Source: Trichosphaerium sp. ATCC 40318
Lineage: Eukaryota; Protista; Tubulinea
DNA: 64,000 nucleotides
Assembly (NCBI GenBank): GCA_038496445.1
Contig: JALMLS010000072.1
Coordinates: 1-64,000, forward strand
Reading direction: 5' to 3'
Below, one piece after another: positions 13,204-30,100 of the stretch; positions within the stretch are counted from its first letter, which is position 1; the number at the start of each line of letters is the position of its first letter. Made by a program: the position numbers and the translations under genes. The notes under the pieces were generated by a model. It ran no database searches. It had not been told where the DNA came from and saw only the letters and a list, made by a program, of their open reading frames with translations.

Positions 13204-15349
13204 TTAGTCTCGTGTGCGAATAACGGCTTCGTCCTTAAGGTCTGGCATTGATGAAGTTTTTGTGGCGTGTGCGTTGATGTTTCGGCGTTTCCTCCGTGTG
13301 CTCTCGTCCTGTTTTCGTTTTGCAGCAGCAGCCTTGTGTATACCAGGAGGCAAGTGACGGCTGTTGTTTATTCGGCGCACTTGTGGCATGTGCTTGTATC
13401 GCTCGATCAGCGCTGCGCGGTAGTTTTGTGCGTGTCTCTGTGGTTTGTCTTGTATGCCAATAGGCGTCGATGCGTCCGCCTTCCATATGCGCACGTTACC
13501 TTCTTGACTTCCAGACAATACGTATCGCCCGTCGCGACTGAATCGAGCTGTATAGATCCTAACAAAAAAACGCAAATGTTAGGCATTGCAAACCTTGATT
13601 AACTACACAATCCGTCACGAACTGTTAGGATAGCTTACCTCTTCATGCGTCTGGTGTGGTACACTTCTTTGCTTTTAAAGCTGTGATCTTTGGAGTCTGG
13701 GAATATCCTGAGCGTCCTGTCAAAGGATCCAGTCACAAACTCGTCTCCAGAAGGTGAATAATCGACATCCAGCCTACATGGCGCAGTTAGTAGGCATTGT
13801 GCATGGAAAAAAAGAAAAATGGATCATTAGGCGTACACTGCAGCAACGTGGCCTCTGAACACTGTAACAGGTTTTTCGAAGCGGCGCATGTCGAATTTAT
13901 ATACATTTCCATCATCGCAAGCCTGGCCACAGAGTCAACGAGAACAAAGCTTGTATGTGACAAGTTAACGTACCAATGCAAAGTAAAATGTTCTTTGTGG
14001 ATTCCAAGATGAAGTGTTGCATTGTTGCTGTACGTGAAGTAAGTTGTTGGTGTTGTTGGGAAAGAACATTTAAAAAAAACAGTTGGTGTTAAATGTTTTG
14101 GAGAAACAAATTATTTTGTGCAATTCACGTACTGCCATGATAACCTTTTTTACTGGTGATCCAGCGCGTGTATCGTAAAGTGTCACAGATCTATAAAAAA
14201 CAGTGTTAGCGGATTGTAGTGGACTGTGTGGTGCGTGCTTGTCAATGGCAGTAGATAGAAGAATGTCACGCTCTACAGGGCAGAAAGACACCGAGGTGAA
14301 GGCTTCACCCCAATCCCATGTGGCAACTGGTTCGCTTCTATCTATGTTCCATACATGGACTTTATCAGATCCTCCTGTTGCGAAGGTGTCCTCTTTGTGT
14401 ACCGAGGTAAGTAACGATATACAAAAAAAAATGTCCATTGACAAAACATTAATGGTCGACAAAGGGGTGGGGTACCTTTCGGGTATTTAAATGCAATAGA
14501 TGAGAATGGTCTGTAATTGGGATCAGCAAATACAATTGCTGGTTTGTGTTCCTTTCTGCTTTGAAGGTAGCTCTGTGGATTGGATTGCATCAGCAATGAG
14601 TCTGTCGACCGTCCAGCAGGCGTAGCATCAATCTGTGCGAGGCTCTCTGTGGCCCATACTTTGACAGTCTTGTCATCACCAATCGACAACAGTATACCGT
14701 CTTGCCTACAAGTGCGTCAATTCAGTACATGCTGACTCTTGCTAGCCCACAAAAAAATAAAAAAACAGGAGCAGATGAAATGACAGTTGATGTGGCTGCG
14801 TGTGAAATGTCGTACCCCATAGCCAAACCGCGTACGAATCCTCTGTGCGCTGATAGAGTGCATGTACACGTCCTAGTGGTGTTTGTTAGCGCAAGGCAGA
14901 CGAGCCTGTAGCTGTGCGTACTGAGCACTTAAGTCCCACAATTTTATCTCTAAATGGTAACGTCACATTTTGATTGTTATTCAAGGATTAATGTCGTACC
15001 GCCATCGCAAGCACCAGAGGCCAGGAATGTAACGTCGGAAGGGTGCGTTTCCATACAGTACACTGCGTCATTGTGATCTGGTAATGCGGCTATAAAGGGT
15101 CTGGCAAAGAGACGGTCTTGTCTAGGTGTCAGTTCGCTTCATTAATACGCACGTACCCATTTTTGTAGCAGTCAATGCCCTAGAGTATTCCCTAGCCCTC
15201 TCTACGTAGTGTTAATGCGTTTTGCGCGTATTTTACGCCTTACCTAACGGGTGTAACGCAGGATCAAGGTTTGTCATTTTTCTGGCGTGTTCCGTGCTCC
15301 TTTGCCTCGTGAATTTCTCAGCATCTCTTGAAATTGCTTTAATCCTCAT
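13204..15349 (-). CDS. DCAF13: DCAF13/Sof1 WD40 SSU-processome protein, multi-exon
   Basis: MRIKAISR N-terminus, NLDPALHP, LFARPF, VTGSFDRTLRIF, YHTRRMKR, and a Sof1 C-terminus (NVRIWKADAS..YKHMPQVRRI..RHLP). Confidence 0.93.
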
Positions 15350-15515
15350 ATTTATTTCTTGCCAGTTTCCTTGGTTGAAGAAAGGTATAAAAGTACAATT
15401 ACAAACGCAAGGGTGCTTGTGGTTACAATAAAAACCTCAGTGAACTAAATTGGATCGCTTAAGCATTTTGTTGGTTTTAAGTGTTAAAACGGTTCAGCTT
15501 TCAACGACAGACGCC

Positions 15516-18231
15516 ATGGCGCATATTCAAAATGCACGCTTGAAGGCTTTCTACGCAGCGGTTGAAGAGCCTGATGATCCTGTCGACATTGACGGGCCAG
15601 CATTTGATGCGCAACAATATCTACAACACGTACTGGAGACGCAGACGCTACCACAATTGTTACAAACGGACAATAATCTTATAACAGGTGACAACGTTGC
15701 TTATATTGAGGTGTAACACTACATAGAGATAAAAGAACTGGACTCTAGCATGAAAACATTAGTTTACGACAATTACAACAAGTTCATTACAGCTGCAGAC
15801 ACTATAAGAAAGGTGAGTCATTGGTGTCGTAAAGTTTTAAAGCTAAAACGGCGATGTAGATGAAAAGCAACATCGAAAATATGGAATCCGAGATGGACAG
15901 GCTCTCAAAAAGCATAGAGAGGATAGACAAATCATCTGATACAATCTCTCACACGCTACAGTCGAAGAGAGATAAAATTGAACAGCTGTCAGGCGTGTAC
16001 CAACTGTTACAAAAGGTACAACGACATGAGACTTCCCATTTCCAACAACCCTAACTAACAACTGTCTACCAAATAGCTGGAGTTTCTAGTGCAATTGCCT
16101 GAGCGTCTACGAGATGCCATTGACATGAAGGCGTATGCAGAGGCCGCCAAATATTACAAGAAAACAAAGAGCGTGCTGGATAAATACAAAGAACATCCTG
16201 CCTTCAAGTCAATCCGCGATGATTCCACCAACATTATACAGAATCTCATTCAACATCTCAGCGAACAATTTAAAGAAGCAGGCTCAGAGTCCATGACAGA
16301 TATTGTAGGTGTGTTATTAGATCTTGATCAAGAACCTGAGCATCTAAGGAAGCACTTTTTGTCAGCGTACGTCTTTTTTCTCAAAGTTTGTGTGACATCT
16401 CAAAGTGTACTAATGTATACTGCTTTAGGCGCAAGAATGAATGTTTAAAAGCTGTTGCGACAATAGTTACGCAGTGTGTAGACCGTGACACACCTTCCCA
16501 AGTGTTTGTTAAACAACTGGCTGGAACACTGCCCAATACACTGTTGCGATGTTCTCGCGACTTTTCAAAGTTGTTTGTAACAAAGGCGGGCATATCAGAC
16601 CAAGAAAAGAAGAAAGGATCCATTGAACTCAAGCACCACGTCAACACAATCATGGATCTGTACCTACAAACCATATCTCAGCAGCTCAATGCGGCCACAC
16701 CTCCAGAAGAGGTTGTATCGGCACTGGATCACCTACATCGGTCACTGGTGGAAATTCATGCCAAGTTTGTTGAAGAGGGTCTTGACTCTATGAGAGTTGA
16801 CAAACATGCGCAGCAGCTCTTACATTGTATCATCGAGAGACAGCTCGAAATGTATTTCAAGACACTCAAAGCAGCGATACAGAGTACGTCACAATTATTT
16901 GCCTTTTTTTTTTCCAACAACACTTTTTACATTTGGCTTTTACTTATCGTGGGCAGAGGAGATTGAACAAACCAGCAGCCAAGATATTTCAAGCTCAGAA
17001 GAGTTGAAAAAGTTGCATGATGGCATTGTTACGCTAACAACTGACGCAATTACACGCTTACAGGCACGCAGCCCTTTAGGCAAATCACCTTGCTGCACAT
17101 GGCACTAACTTTTCTGTTTTACAGCCTTTCTTCCCTACAGATAGTGGTGATAGTTTGTTGCGGAAACAACAGCCTATCCTCCTCCAGAAGTTGAATTCTT
17201 CGTTCCAGGTATTATACAACGACGTGGGAACGGCCTTGGAGGACTTGGCGAATGCAGCAGTCGCAGAATCAGAATCGTACGCACTCTTACCATCACAGGT
17301 TTGTACACCAACTAATTGGCGTAGTCACCTCAGAGTGTATATTTTGATGGCCGCTATCGGCTCCAGGATGGCGGCTGATGCGAAAGATTTAACAGCAGCC
17401 TTGAATGAACTGTTGCCAGCAGGTACATCAGATCAGATCCCTCTTGGTGAACACGTACAAAAACTGGACGCACGCGCCAAGGTAATACCGTTATTTTATT
17501 GCCATGGTTCTTACTGTATCAAATAGTTGTTATTGAACACCTTTGTTGGCCTCATATCCGCAAAGTTGAGTGGGCTGTTGCGTGCCTATATTATGGGTAA
17601 CGATTGGTTGTCAAGGACTGAACCAAAAGCCGTTAACCCAACGATCAAAGTCATTCTAGAAAATATGGTGTCGGCGCAAGACTGGCTCAATCAAATGCTA
17701 GCGCCTACTGAAGGACAATCAACAGCGCCTGGGATACTCTCACGGTCTACACAAGCAAGTATCATGGGCCTGGGCATCGACAATGCCTCTACTCTAAGAA
17801 CCGCACGTGCGCCAAATACGCTGGCAATTGAAGCTATCCTCTCCGCTGCTTTGACAATACCGCTCAAAACCTGGTTGGAGTGCACCAGAGAAGCAACCTT
17901 CAGTGCCTACGGTCACAACGAGATGCAAATCAATCTGTATCACCTCTCAGAACGCCTCCCAGATCCCTTAAAAAAAGATTCTGTAATTCAACAACTATTG
18001 CAACAGATAGAAGACAATGTAGAAGGTACCATCGTGTTTTATAGGAAAATAAGTAGAATCAATCTGGACCTCAATTAGTGGTTTTTTTTGATATTTAGTT
18101 TATTCGTATTATAATACAATCATAAATGAGGACACAAATTATCCATCATCTAATTCTAATGATTTGTAGATCGATGCTTAGAGCCAACACCCCTTGATCC
18201 CGACACTGTCAAGAAAATTGCAATGAGTTAG
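15516..18231 (+). CDS. VPS51: VPS51 (GARP/EARP complex subunit), multi-exon
   Basis: [46 protein letters not shown]; [11 protein letters not shown]; C-terminal [24 protein letters not shown]. Confidence 0.9.
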
Positions 18232-18299
18232 GTAGTGTGTATAAAACCAAGCTGCATCATCCATTGTGTAGGCTTAGCCTCGACCTCAGACCTACCCTC

Positions 18300-20597
18300 C
18301 TAGATCACTTGTGAGTACTCTGTTTGATTGTGCTGATCTAGCAACATGAATGAGGATTCTAGAAGTAGGTGTTAGCGCAAGCTGTTGAGGTGTAGTGAAT
18401 TGTAAATAGCCAATAAAAATCATCATTAGTACGTACCAATAGGGAACGGTCCAGGATTAAAGCAAGTGCATCCGGATGATAATGTGTTGTAAGCTTCATA
18501 CCTATCACCCAGCACCAACTGGACAGGACTTGTGAGTACAAGGTGCGTAGAAAGAGTCTAAGGACGTACAGTGTTTGGTGTTGGGTCCAACCAAAGCGCA
18601 TGGTCGTAATTCCACAAGATGCTCTTGTTTGTAGGTGCGAGGTGACCAGAGTGGATGACGGTTTGAACAACCTGCAGAAAACACGTCAGACAAAATGAAC
18701 CACACGAGGAAACAATTAAAATAAAGGCCAATAGAGGCGCGTTGTTGTTATTACCCTATCGTGCAACTCGGCACTCTGTAGATCTTGTGTTTGCATGACA
18801 GTGTTGCGTCTTAGATCGTTTGCAAGGTTGGAACGGAATATCACAATCTTCTTTCCGGCGTACTCTAACCGACACGGATTTGTTGTGAACACTGCATTTG
18901 GCAACTTGGAGGTAATGGACGACGTAAACACGCCAGGAATAGGCGGTGAAGGCAAGACAGCGGGTACTAGAAGGCGCATTAATGATTGGAGATTGTACAA
19001 AACAAAAATTAAATCGCCTTCATCCATGTCGATAATGTGTACCTGGGTCGCTAGGTCCTGGAACAAAGATGTATTTGAGTAGCCTCATTGAAGGAAATTG
19101 TAGAATAATCTTGGCAAGTTCTTGAAATCCTTGTGTGAGGATAGCTGTGTTGGATCCTAACACAAATTGTGGGTGTTGCAATAATTACATTTGTTTTAAA
19201 CAATCATCCCACGTGGGGATGGATTATATGACGTACCAATTGGGATTGAGGTAAAGCTACCCATAAAGACAAAGCCACTTAGTTTCATACCAGAATCGTG
19301 CATCCCTCTAAACAGCAACCGTAGTTTTGCAATTACCTATATTTCGACATTAATAAACGCCCACAGAAAAAACATAAAAAAACCCCCAAAAGATAGTTGT
19401 AAAGGTGTTGACAAGTATGCGGAATCTATGAGGTGATTGATTACCTCTGGTTTATCTAGCCAGACATCAGATAGGAATACGAGTGATCCCATGTCTGTAT
19501 CAGTGCTTGCGCTAATTGGTGTGGTGTCGAGAGCCTCAGGAGATGGAGGTAAACTGAGTCTAGATACCTACGATGCGGTGAGCTATTGGTTCCAAAAATA
19601 ACAAGTCTTGGAAATTTAAAGTGGTACAAATTAAACAAATAATAAAAAATTGAGTGCAATGCACGCACGTGAAATACGTTGTCTTGTGGGTCCAGTTTGC
19701 CTTGTGCCAAAACCACACAGTTTTCAGTTACTAAACCGCTTCCATAGGTCTGAATGGTACATCGAAGTAAGCCAAAACTCATAAAGGGGTACACCTGTTG
19801 CAATTGAACCATGTCGTGTCATGCTGTCTTGCAATGACTACAAAAGGCCAACACAACTACCAGGTACGTACAGCGTGTTCAATGTTTACTGGAATGCGTC
19901 CATCGCAGTCTTCAAGCCAAAATTCATTCTCGCGTAGTTGACTCAAGAAACCCATAACCAGAGCACTCTCTTTACTGCCAACCAAGGAATTGATCGTGCG
20001 GAGCTATTTGAACGTGTGAGGGGCACTGAGGTACAGGGATTATATTTGAGGTCGCACCTGTTTCTGGTAGCGTGGATGGCGTTGCAAACGGATTTGATGT
20101 ACGCTCAAGCGGCTACGGTACATGTTGACATTGTCTGCTGCAGCGCCAAGAATGGACCGCGTCGTCGCTGATCTACGGAGCGCGTTATTGTTGTAACCAC
20201 TTTCCCTTTTTTGATCAAAGTTACACGTACTTGTACGCTCCTCTGGCGGAATCGAATACCTGTCCTTTGCTGTCAAAGGCGCCAATGACTACGACGTCAT
20301 CTTCAGGGGTTTTGTTGCCTTCACGTGCATTAGATAGCGCTTGTATACATTCCTCTATGATTGTTTCATTGACAACTGATGTATGTACTACCGAATAACG
20401 TTAGATAAAAACCATGATAACAATTCAAACATTTTTAACGTATACGCACTGTTTTTATATTCTATTTGCCTTATAACCGCTTTGATTCCCTTTTGGGGGT
20501 CGGTAGACTGTTGTAGAGCAGCTTGTAAAGAATTCAATCCTTTTGGTGTTATAGAGAGGCCTGCTATCCTGAACTTCTTTGCAATACGTGCGCGCAT
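18300..20597 (-). CDS. POLE2: DNA polymerase epsilon subunit 2 (Dpb2), multi-exon; some apparent indels, probably sequencing errors
   Basis: MRARIAKKFRIAGL, MYRSRL..RLQRHP, GFLSQLRENEFWLED, GLVTENCVVLAQG, TNPCRLEYAGKKIVIFR, SGHLAP..ILWNYDH, CFNPGPF. Confidence 0.9.
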
Positions 20598-20724
20598 GAT
20601 TTATTGTACAAAAAGTTGGCGGGTAAGTGTGAAAAAGTTTGAATCTGGACGAGGTCTGAAAAAATTGTGAAAAACAAAATTGAAAAAGCGAAAAACAGCA
20701 CAGCAATAAAAGTGCGTATTGTAT

Positions 20725-22377
20725 ATGCCCAATGTATTAAATGCGCGCAGGAATGATTGGTAGGTGTTTTACACGCCACAGTAGCTCTACAAGGTCAATC
20801 CAAACCAAGCCATCCCGTAGGCGATACGCGCAAGGTGGGGTTAAATTACAAGCTCTCGTTGGTCGTACAGCCGATCAGGTATTTCAAACTTGATATATTA
20901 GGCTTGTTTACGCCGTTCTAGAAAGAGTACGTGCGTAAATTGGTGGCTCCGTTGCCATTGGTTGAACTTAGAGAGCATGACAAGTCGGTAGGTGCGTATT
21001 CACTTGGTACTGGGTGTATGTTTACCACTGTAGGTTTTGGATTGGTTCTGAAGCATGATGTCACAAAAGGACAAGTGATTATGTCTGAGAAACCCCTGGC
21101 AGCAGCTCCAGAATTAGCATCCTCACAAACAGTACGGGAATCTTTGCTATAGATTCATTAACATCGCAAAAAACAGTTAAAAGTAGAGACGTGTTCAACT
21201 TGCTTGAGACCATTAAGAAGCGTGCCTATGGCTTGTCGCAATCTCCCAGGTACTACTACCTTTAAATAACGCCATTTGTTTGACATTTGTTGGTAGATGA
21301 CTTGAGAACGGGTTTACTTCGAATGCAGGATAGGATGGGCTCTTTTGGTTTGAAGAGCTGTAAAATGTACTAGATATCAAAGTTTCTCTGAGATGAAACT
21401 GCTAATCAATTTTGGCATCTAGGTGCAAAGGAACTCCTCCAGCTGATCCTCCTCTTCCTGATGTTTCGGACAAAAACTGGCCACAACAAAAGATAACACT
21501 GAACGCTTTGATGATACAGGTTATCAAACACGTTGCAGCGACCGCACGCAAACATGGTACCATCCTGCAAAGTCATCTGAATCTGACCATTACCAAGGGG
21601 GTGGAGAGCATGGATTGCACATGGGTCTTCTCCCTTTTTGGAATTTGATGGCATTTAAATTTGATGCATTACCACACAATATTATTCCTCGCATTGAGTC
21701 AATAAGTGAAGATTTGGAAGTAGTCAAAAAGTTCCTGCCAGACGTTGTTAAAGAGTTCCCACAGTGTATCCTTGTTTCGCATCTCATTCCTTTTTTGTTG
21801 ACACTACAGTCCTTGACACGGCAGTATTTAAATATGAACACTACTTTAAGTTGTTTTGTAAAATCAACCTCAACTATTTCCACACACGTGTTTCTCATCC
21901 TCTAATTGTGTGGTTGGGCCAACAACAAAATAACCTAAGAGATCCCGTTATAAGAGACCTAGCAAGCTTCGCACCAACGGTGGAGGTACCAGTAGTCTTA
22001 TTTCCTCAATTTTGTTTTGACTTGCTAAATCCGCTGTAGGGTGCGCACTGGCAAGCTGATAATATGGCTAGTGGTTTTGGCATATACCCTATATCCGCTC
22101 TCATTAATCACAGCTGTCATCCTACTGTTGAACCTATTTGGGTAGAAGGTACCAGGCCTCTCATTTTACCTGAAACAACAGTTTTGATGATGGCTTTTTA
22201 TACTAATGTTAATTAGACGGTACAGTCACGTGGGTACCACTTAAAAACCTACACAAAGGTACCGAACTCGCCTTTTCTTATGTAACAGAAAGTGTACCTT
22301 CAAACGAACGATTTCAATGGCTTAAAGATCACCACTTTTTCGATTGCAAGTGCAATGGGACCTGCGAGGTGGCTTAG
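20725..22377 (+). CDS. SMYD-like SET-domain (interrupted SET/MYND-type) methyltransferase, multi-exon
   Basis: GFGLVLKHDVTKGQVIMSEKPLA, CSTCLRP, GFGIYPISALINHSCHP, GTELAFSY, post-SET HHFFDCKCNGTC. The start codon is inferred through small exons. Confidence 0.8.
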
Positions 22378-22604
22378 AGAGGCGCATTGTAGCAACTAGT
22401 TTTTTCACGTGTTGAAGTGTTCGCACGTGGGCGTTGCACTGGGTGGCAGTCAGATTTATGGGACCTAACAGTTTAAACTCTTATTGTCAGTAAACGCATT
22501 GTACACTTGTTTTTTTTTTTGATTTTCGTGAATTGATGACGAGCTTAAGCCAAAAAAAGCGTCACTTAGCGTTATTGGCACGTATCGATACTTTTACCCA
22601 ATAA

Positions 22605-25415
<2,811 letters not shown>

Positions 25416-25567
25416 CACGTGATAAACATTAACCAAGCGTATTAATCCCAAAAAAAGCTTCGTGGTTAGCTTGTAATAAATACTAAATTTTTCTCTATAC
25501 AGCCCAATAAAAAAACCGAATCAATAACCACGTCATCACTGCTGCTTTAAGGTTGCATCTCATTTTA

Positions 25568-26844
25568 TTATATTTGTTTGCCTTCCCTATCGAAGCGTTT
25601 AACATGGCCTATTGCGTGCCCACCTTCCATTGACGCTTGTCTTTTTAATTGTCCATTGCTATGCCACTCTTTGCATTCGCCGTGTTCTCTACCTTGCTTC
25701 ATCATGTAATGCTGCTGCAATTGTCCGTTGGCGTACCACCTAAATCAGGTAATGAGTAAACAGTATAGGTTGGTTCTTGGTTGATTCTCAATTACCTCTT
25801 AAATTCTCCGTTCACTTCACCATCCGTTAACGTACATTCTGAATCCAATTGGCCATTCTCATGCCAAGTTTTGCAGAGACCAAAATACTTGTTTTGTTGC
25901 ATTGACTTTTCGGATCTCAATTGTCCAGATTCGTACCTTGTAGAATAAATAAAAAAAAGCACGTGAGCAATTTCAAAAAAAAACCATTCTAGGTACCATT
26001 CCTTTAGAATGCCATGGTATGCGCCATCGACCATTGTGCAAGCCAACTTCATGTTGCCATTAGAGTAATATTCATTCAAGTCACCGTGATGCTTTCCATT
26101 CGTTATAGTGCAGTCAACTGCCACTTGCCCGTTTCTATGATAGTCCCTGCACTTGCCATGCTTTTCTCCGTTTTGTAGCGTGTGTTTATATTGCACCTGT
26201 CCGTTATCATACCATTCTGTAAGTTGTCCATGGTGCTTACCGTCTTTCATAGTACATATTACTGCCAGTTTGCCATTTTTGTGCCAGTCTTTAGCCTCAC
26301 CATGTTTCTGGCCGTTTACATAGTAATGCAGGTACTTAAGTTGGCCATTATCATACCACTCCTTTAGCTGTCCGTGTTTTTTGCCCATTTGCATCATACA
26401 TGTTGAAGACATTTGTCCATTGTCGTACCACCCTTTGAATTCTCCATGATAGGCTCCTTGGTGCATGTTACATTGTACAATGAGGTTACCGGATGTGTTC
26501 CACATTTTCATTATCCCTTGTTGCTTGCCATCCTTCATGAAGCACTCAAGGAACACTGATCCATTCCTGTACCATTCTTTATGCTCTCCGTTTTCTTTAT
26601 TATCCTTCATGAAACACTGACACCGGATTGGACCGGCGTTGTGCCATCGCATCCACAACCCTGATTTTTGCATTTTGGAGTCAAAGTGAGTGCTTAACGC
26701 TGCCCTTTTTGATAGCATGTGGTACTTTTTGAATGTTTCCGCGCTGTAGGTACATATATGACGTTGTATATCTTTAGGTAACGAGATTAATGTACAATCG
26801 GCATGCATACGGCCCAACTGTTGATTGCGCTTAGCGGTAGACAT
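25568..26844 (-). CDS. F-box-like plus MORN-variant (YwqK-like) repeat protein, 3 exons
   Basis: N-terminal LISLPKDIQRHICTY, then tandem ~24-aa repeats of the form GxxHGxxKEWYDNGQL. Confidence 0.8.
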
Positions 26845-27110
26845 GTAGGAACGCTCTATTATTAAAAGTAACCCTGTATGATTTTTTACGATTTAACGGG
26901 CGCTGTGAGGCCAATGTCTACCATATACAAGGCACAGATACTGCACTGAACGGTTGTAACATCTGAGACTAAAAGCGACTTAACTTTTTTCTAAGTCGAC
27001 AACACGTGAAATATTTTGTTGCGTAATATGCTACAAACGACATGTGAGAGTGGTGTATGCTAAAGTAATTCAAAATGTACATCTTTTATTTTATTTTTTT
27101 TGGTTAGTTT

Positions 27111-30100
27111 TTACATATTCATGGCTGTGCTCAACGTCTGTTGTTGTTGCGGAGAAAGTGTTGATGCAACATTACTTAATGCAGCATGCGTTGCACACAA
27201 GCCTTTGACAGTCTTGGCTAATTCAGGCTTCAAAGTAGCAGGAACGAGTCTGTCTTCCAAAATTGTCAATAAAAGTGTAAATATTTTAGGGATGCACGGC
27301 AAAACCTAAAAAATTGTAAGTCTCCAAACAACGTATGGTTACCAACGTTTAAAAAATCAGCTCAAAAATACGTACGGCAGGCATTTGGGATGATGCCAAC
27401 TTGACGAGTGTGGCGTATGTGTGATTAATTTCAACGACATCCTTACGAATAGGCAAAGCATTCAACCACACTGGGAGTACCTTTTTGTAGAGAGTTAACA
27501 TAAAAAACAACCAAATAAAAAAAGTGTGGTTACCTTATCGAGAGGCATCTTGTCTGGGTGTGCTGCAATCATTCTAGCGATAGCGCCACAGCAGTTATCC
27601 AATAGGAAAGAGTCTTGTGATTGGAAGAACGGCATAATGAGGTTCAAAAAATTGGATGTCAAGCTGGTAAAACAAAAATGGTCAGACAGAAAAACACAAA
27701 ATGGATTGGAGAGTAAAAACGCACCTTGGTGCAGCTTGTCCGCCATACTGTACAATTAAACCAGCCATGAAAGTAGCGTTGTTTCTTACATTGCTTTGTT
27801 GATCGTTCAAACCAGCAGTGCACAGCTCAACGAAGAACTAGATAGAGTTAGGATCAAAGAAAGTATGCAAGCAACATCATCACTTACGTTCATGTGTGGT
27901 ACAGAGGCAGGTCCCATAGCCTCCACTACTTCAGCACAAGTACCTACAATCTCGGCCTTGATGCCAGCATGTGTGGTAGGGGTCTAAGGCGGTAAATTAG
28001 GAATGCAAATATAGTTATTTATAGTGAATTGATGATTTGTTCTCGTCAGTAATGTACGCACCATGACAGTAGTAGCCAAAGCTTGGCAAACTTGCAAGTA
28101 CTTTCCAAATGCAGGTCCGTAAGCCTTTGCGATCTTTGTCAAGCAAAGACAGACAGCTTCAATAACCATAACATTTAATGATTCATTCTAGGGTAAAAAA
28201 CAATAAGACTTGGATCCAAAAAACCTTATAAATGAGGGTACCCTATCCAAGTCTTCTGGTTCCACGCCCTCTGGTGCTTGTTCAACACAGTCAGCAGTGA
28301 GATCGTATGCAATCTTAGGAATACGGTCCATGACTATGGATGTGATGTCAGTATTACATAGGGTACAACTACTAGAGCGTACCATGTTCGATAGATGCAG
28401 GTCCCATAGTCTCCACCATTTCTCCTACAGCCAGAAGAGCAGCGGAAACAACCTCTTGGTCATCGTCGCTCTCTGCAATATCCAAAATATTTGGATAAGC
28501 GGCTTTTACAAGTTCTGTAACATTGTCAGGCAATGCATTTCCAGGAGCCTAGATTGAGCATTAATTTTATACAACATCTAAAAGTACAAAACCAAAAAAA
28601 AAAAAAGTACGTTTGGTGCGCCTGGTTTCCAGTGCGGTTGTGGACCACAAATGTTCTTGTAATATGCTTTACAAAGCGCTAATGCTTGTGTTAATATGCG
28701 TCCAAATAAAAGTGTTGATTTGATGACGCACTGGTGAATGTCGTGATGGCGTATTTGCGGACGTCCTCTTGAATGTATCTGATCATTACGCACATGTAAT
28801 CATAACAAGTGTTGAAGAATGGCATAAATCCAGGTCCTAATTAGCAGTAATGAGCACATGGAATGTGTGGGTGTGCGTGTCAGACATACCAGAGTATTCA
28901 GCAATATTGGCTAGAGCCTGTAGCGCAGCTGTTTTCTCGTCAACAAAAGCGCTGGTAGTTGTGTAGTTTAAGATTTGCTCCAAGGCGGCTTGATCAGGCT
29001 CATCAGAATCTAGATCTTCCTCATCTGGGTCGTCCTCAAAGACACGCTTGAGGGCTGCAAATAGGTGAGTTTATGGTTAAGGCTATGTTAAATGTGTGGT
29101 ACCACCAGAGTGTGCTGTATCGGCCTCTTCAACTCCGTCAGTGCTCATAATACCGCCAAGTACCATTGGTAGGATTGTAGGCAAGTATTGGACCATATCA
29201 GTCTAAGGGGGTACACGGTAAGTGCCAATGGGGTGGAGTAGTTGAAAAAGCTGGTACCTTAAGCATTTCTGCAATGTAAGAGTAGAAGCTGAATGTGTAC
29301 TCGTGTAGTTCGTTCAAGAATGCTGTCTCTGTGATGGCAAGGCCTTGGTGAGCAGCTTTCAAAAAGAACCTAACGCTATCAGTACAACAATCCAGAAGAG
29401 AAAACGAGGAACAACAATACTGAAAGAGGAAAAATAAATTTAGAGTCCGCCGTACTCAAGTTTTGGCGCAAAAGCTTCTTTTCCAATAGCAGCGCCAATA
29501 GCACCAGCACACTCAATAGCTTTGGCTCTTAGGAGCTATCACATAATATATTAGAATAATATTGCTCCGAGTATTGTGCTTTACAGCAGTACTTACGATT
29601 TTGTCTTTGTCGGTGATCTGAACTAGTTGTGCCATGAGCTCCAATACCACCTAGTCGTACAAATTGTTAGACATATCACCACGCGAAACTTTAGTGATTT
29701 GTGGTTATATGGTATAATCAGCCGTCGTTTGAATGTAATCAAAAGAGTCAGGGGATCGGACGAAAGTCATCACAAGAGAGGTAAAAAAGAGCAAAAACGT
29801 GGGGAAATTAGTTTTCTCGTGCGTACTTGGGAGTAACGTGCAAACTGCTCTCCAGCAGTACATGCTGTCTCTGTCATAGCCATGATACATTGATCTTGTA
29901 AGTCAGTGTTACCAGTACGCAAGAGCTCCATGAGGTATAAAACAATTCTTTCCAAATAAGGAAGGATCAAGGATTGCTCTATACGTTACATAGTTAGCAT
30001 AAAAGCCGATGAATTGACCACTTTCGCTCTATCGAGCGTACCTAGATTCTGTACAAATTGAACGAGCGCATAGCACATGCTCTCGCGAACAGATTCATTA

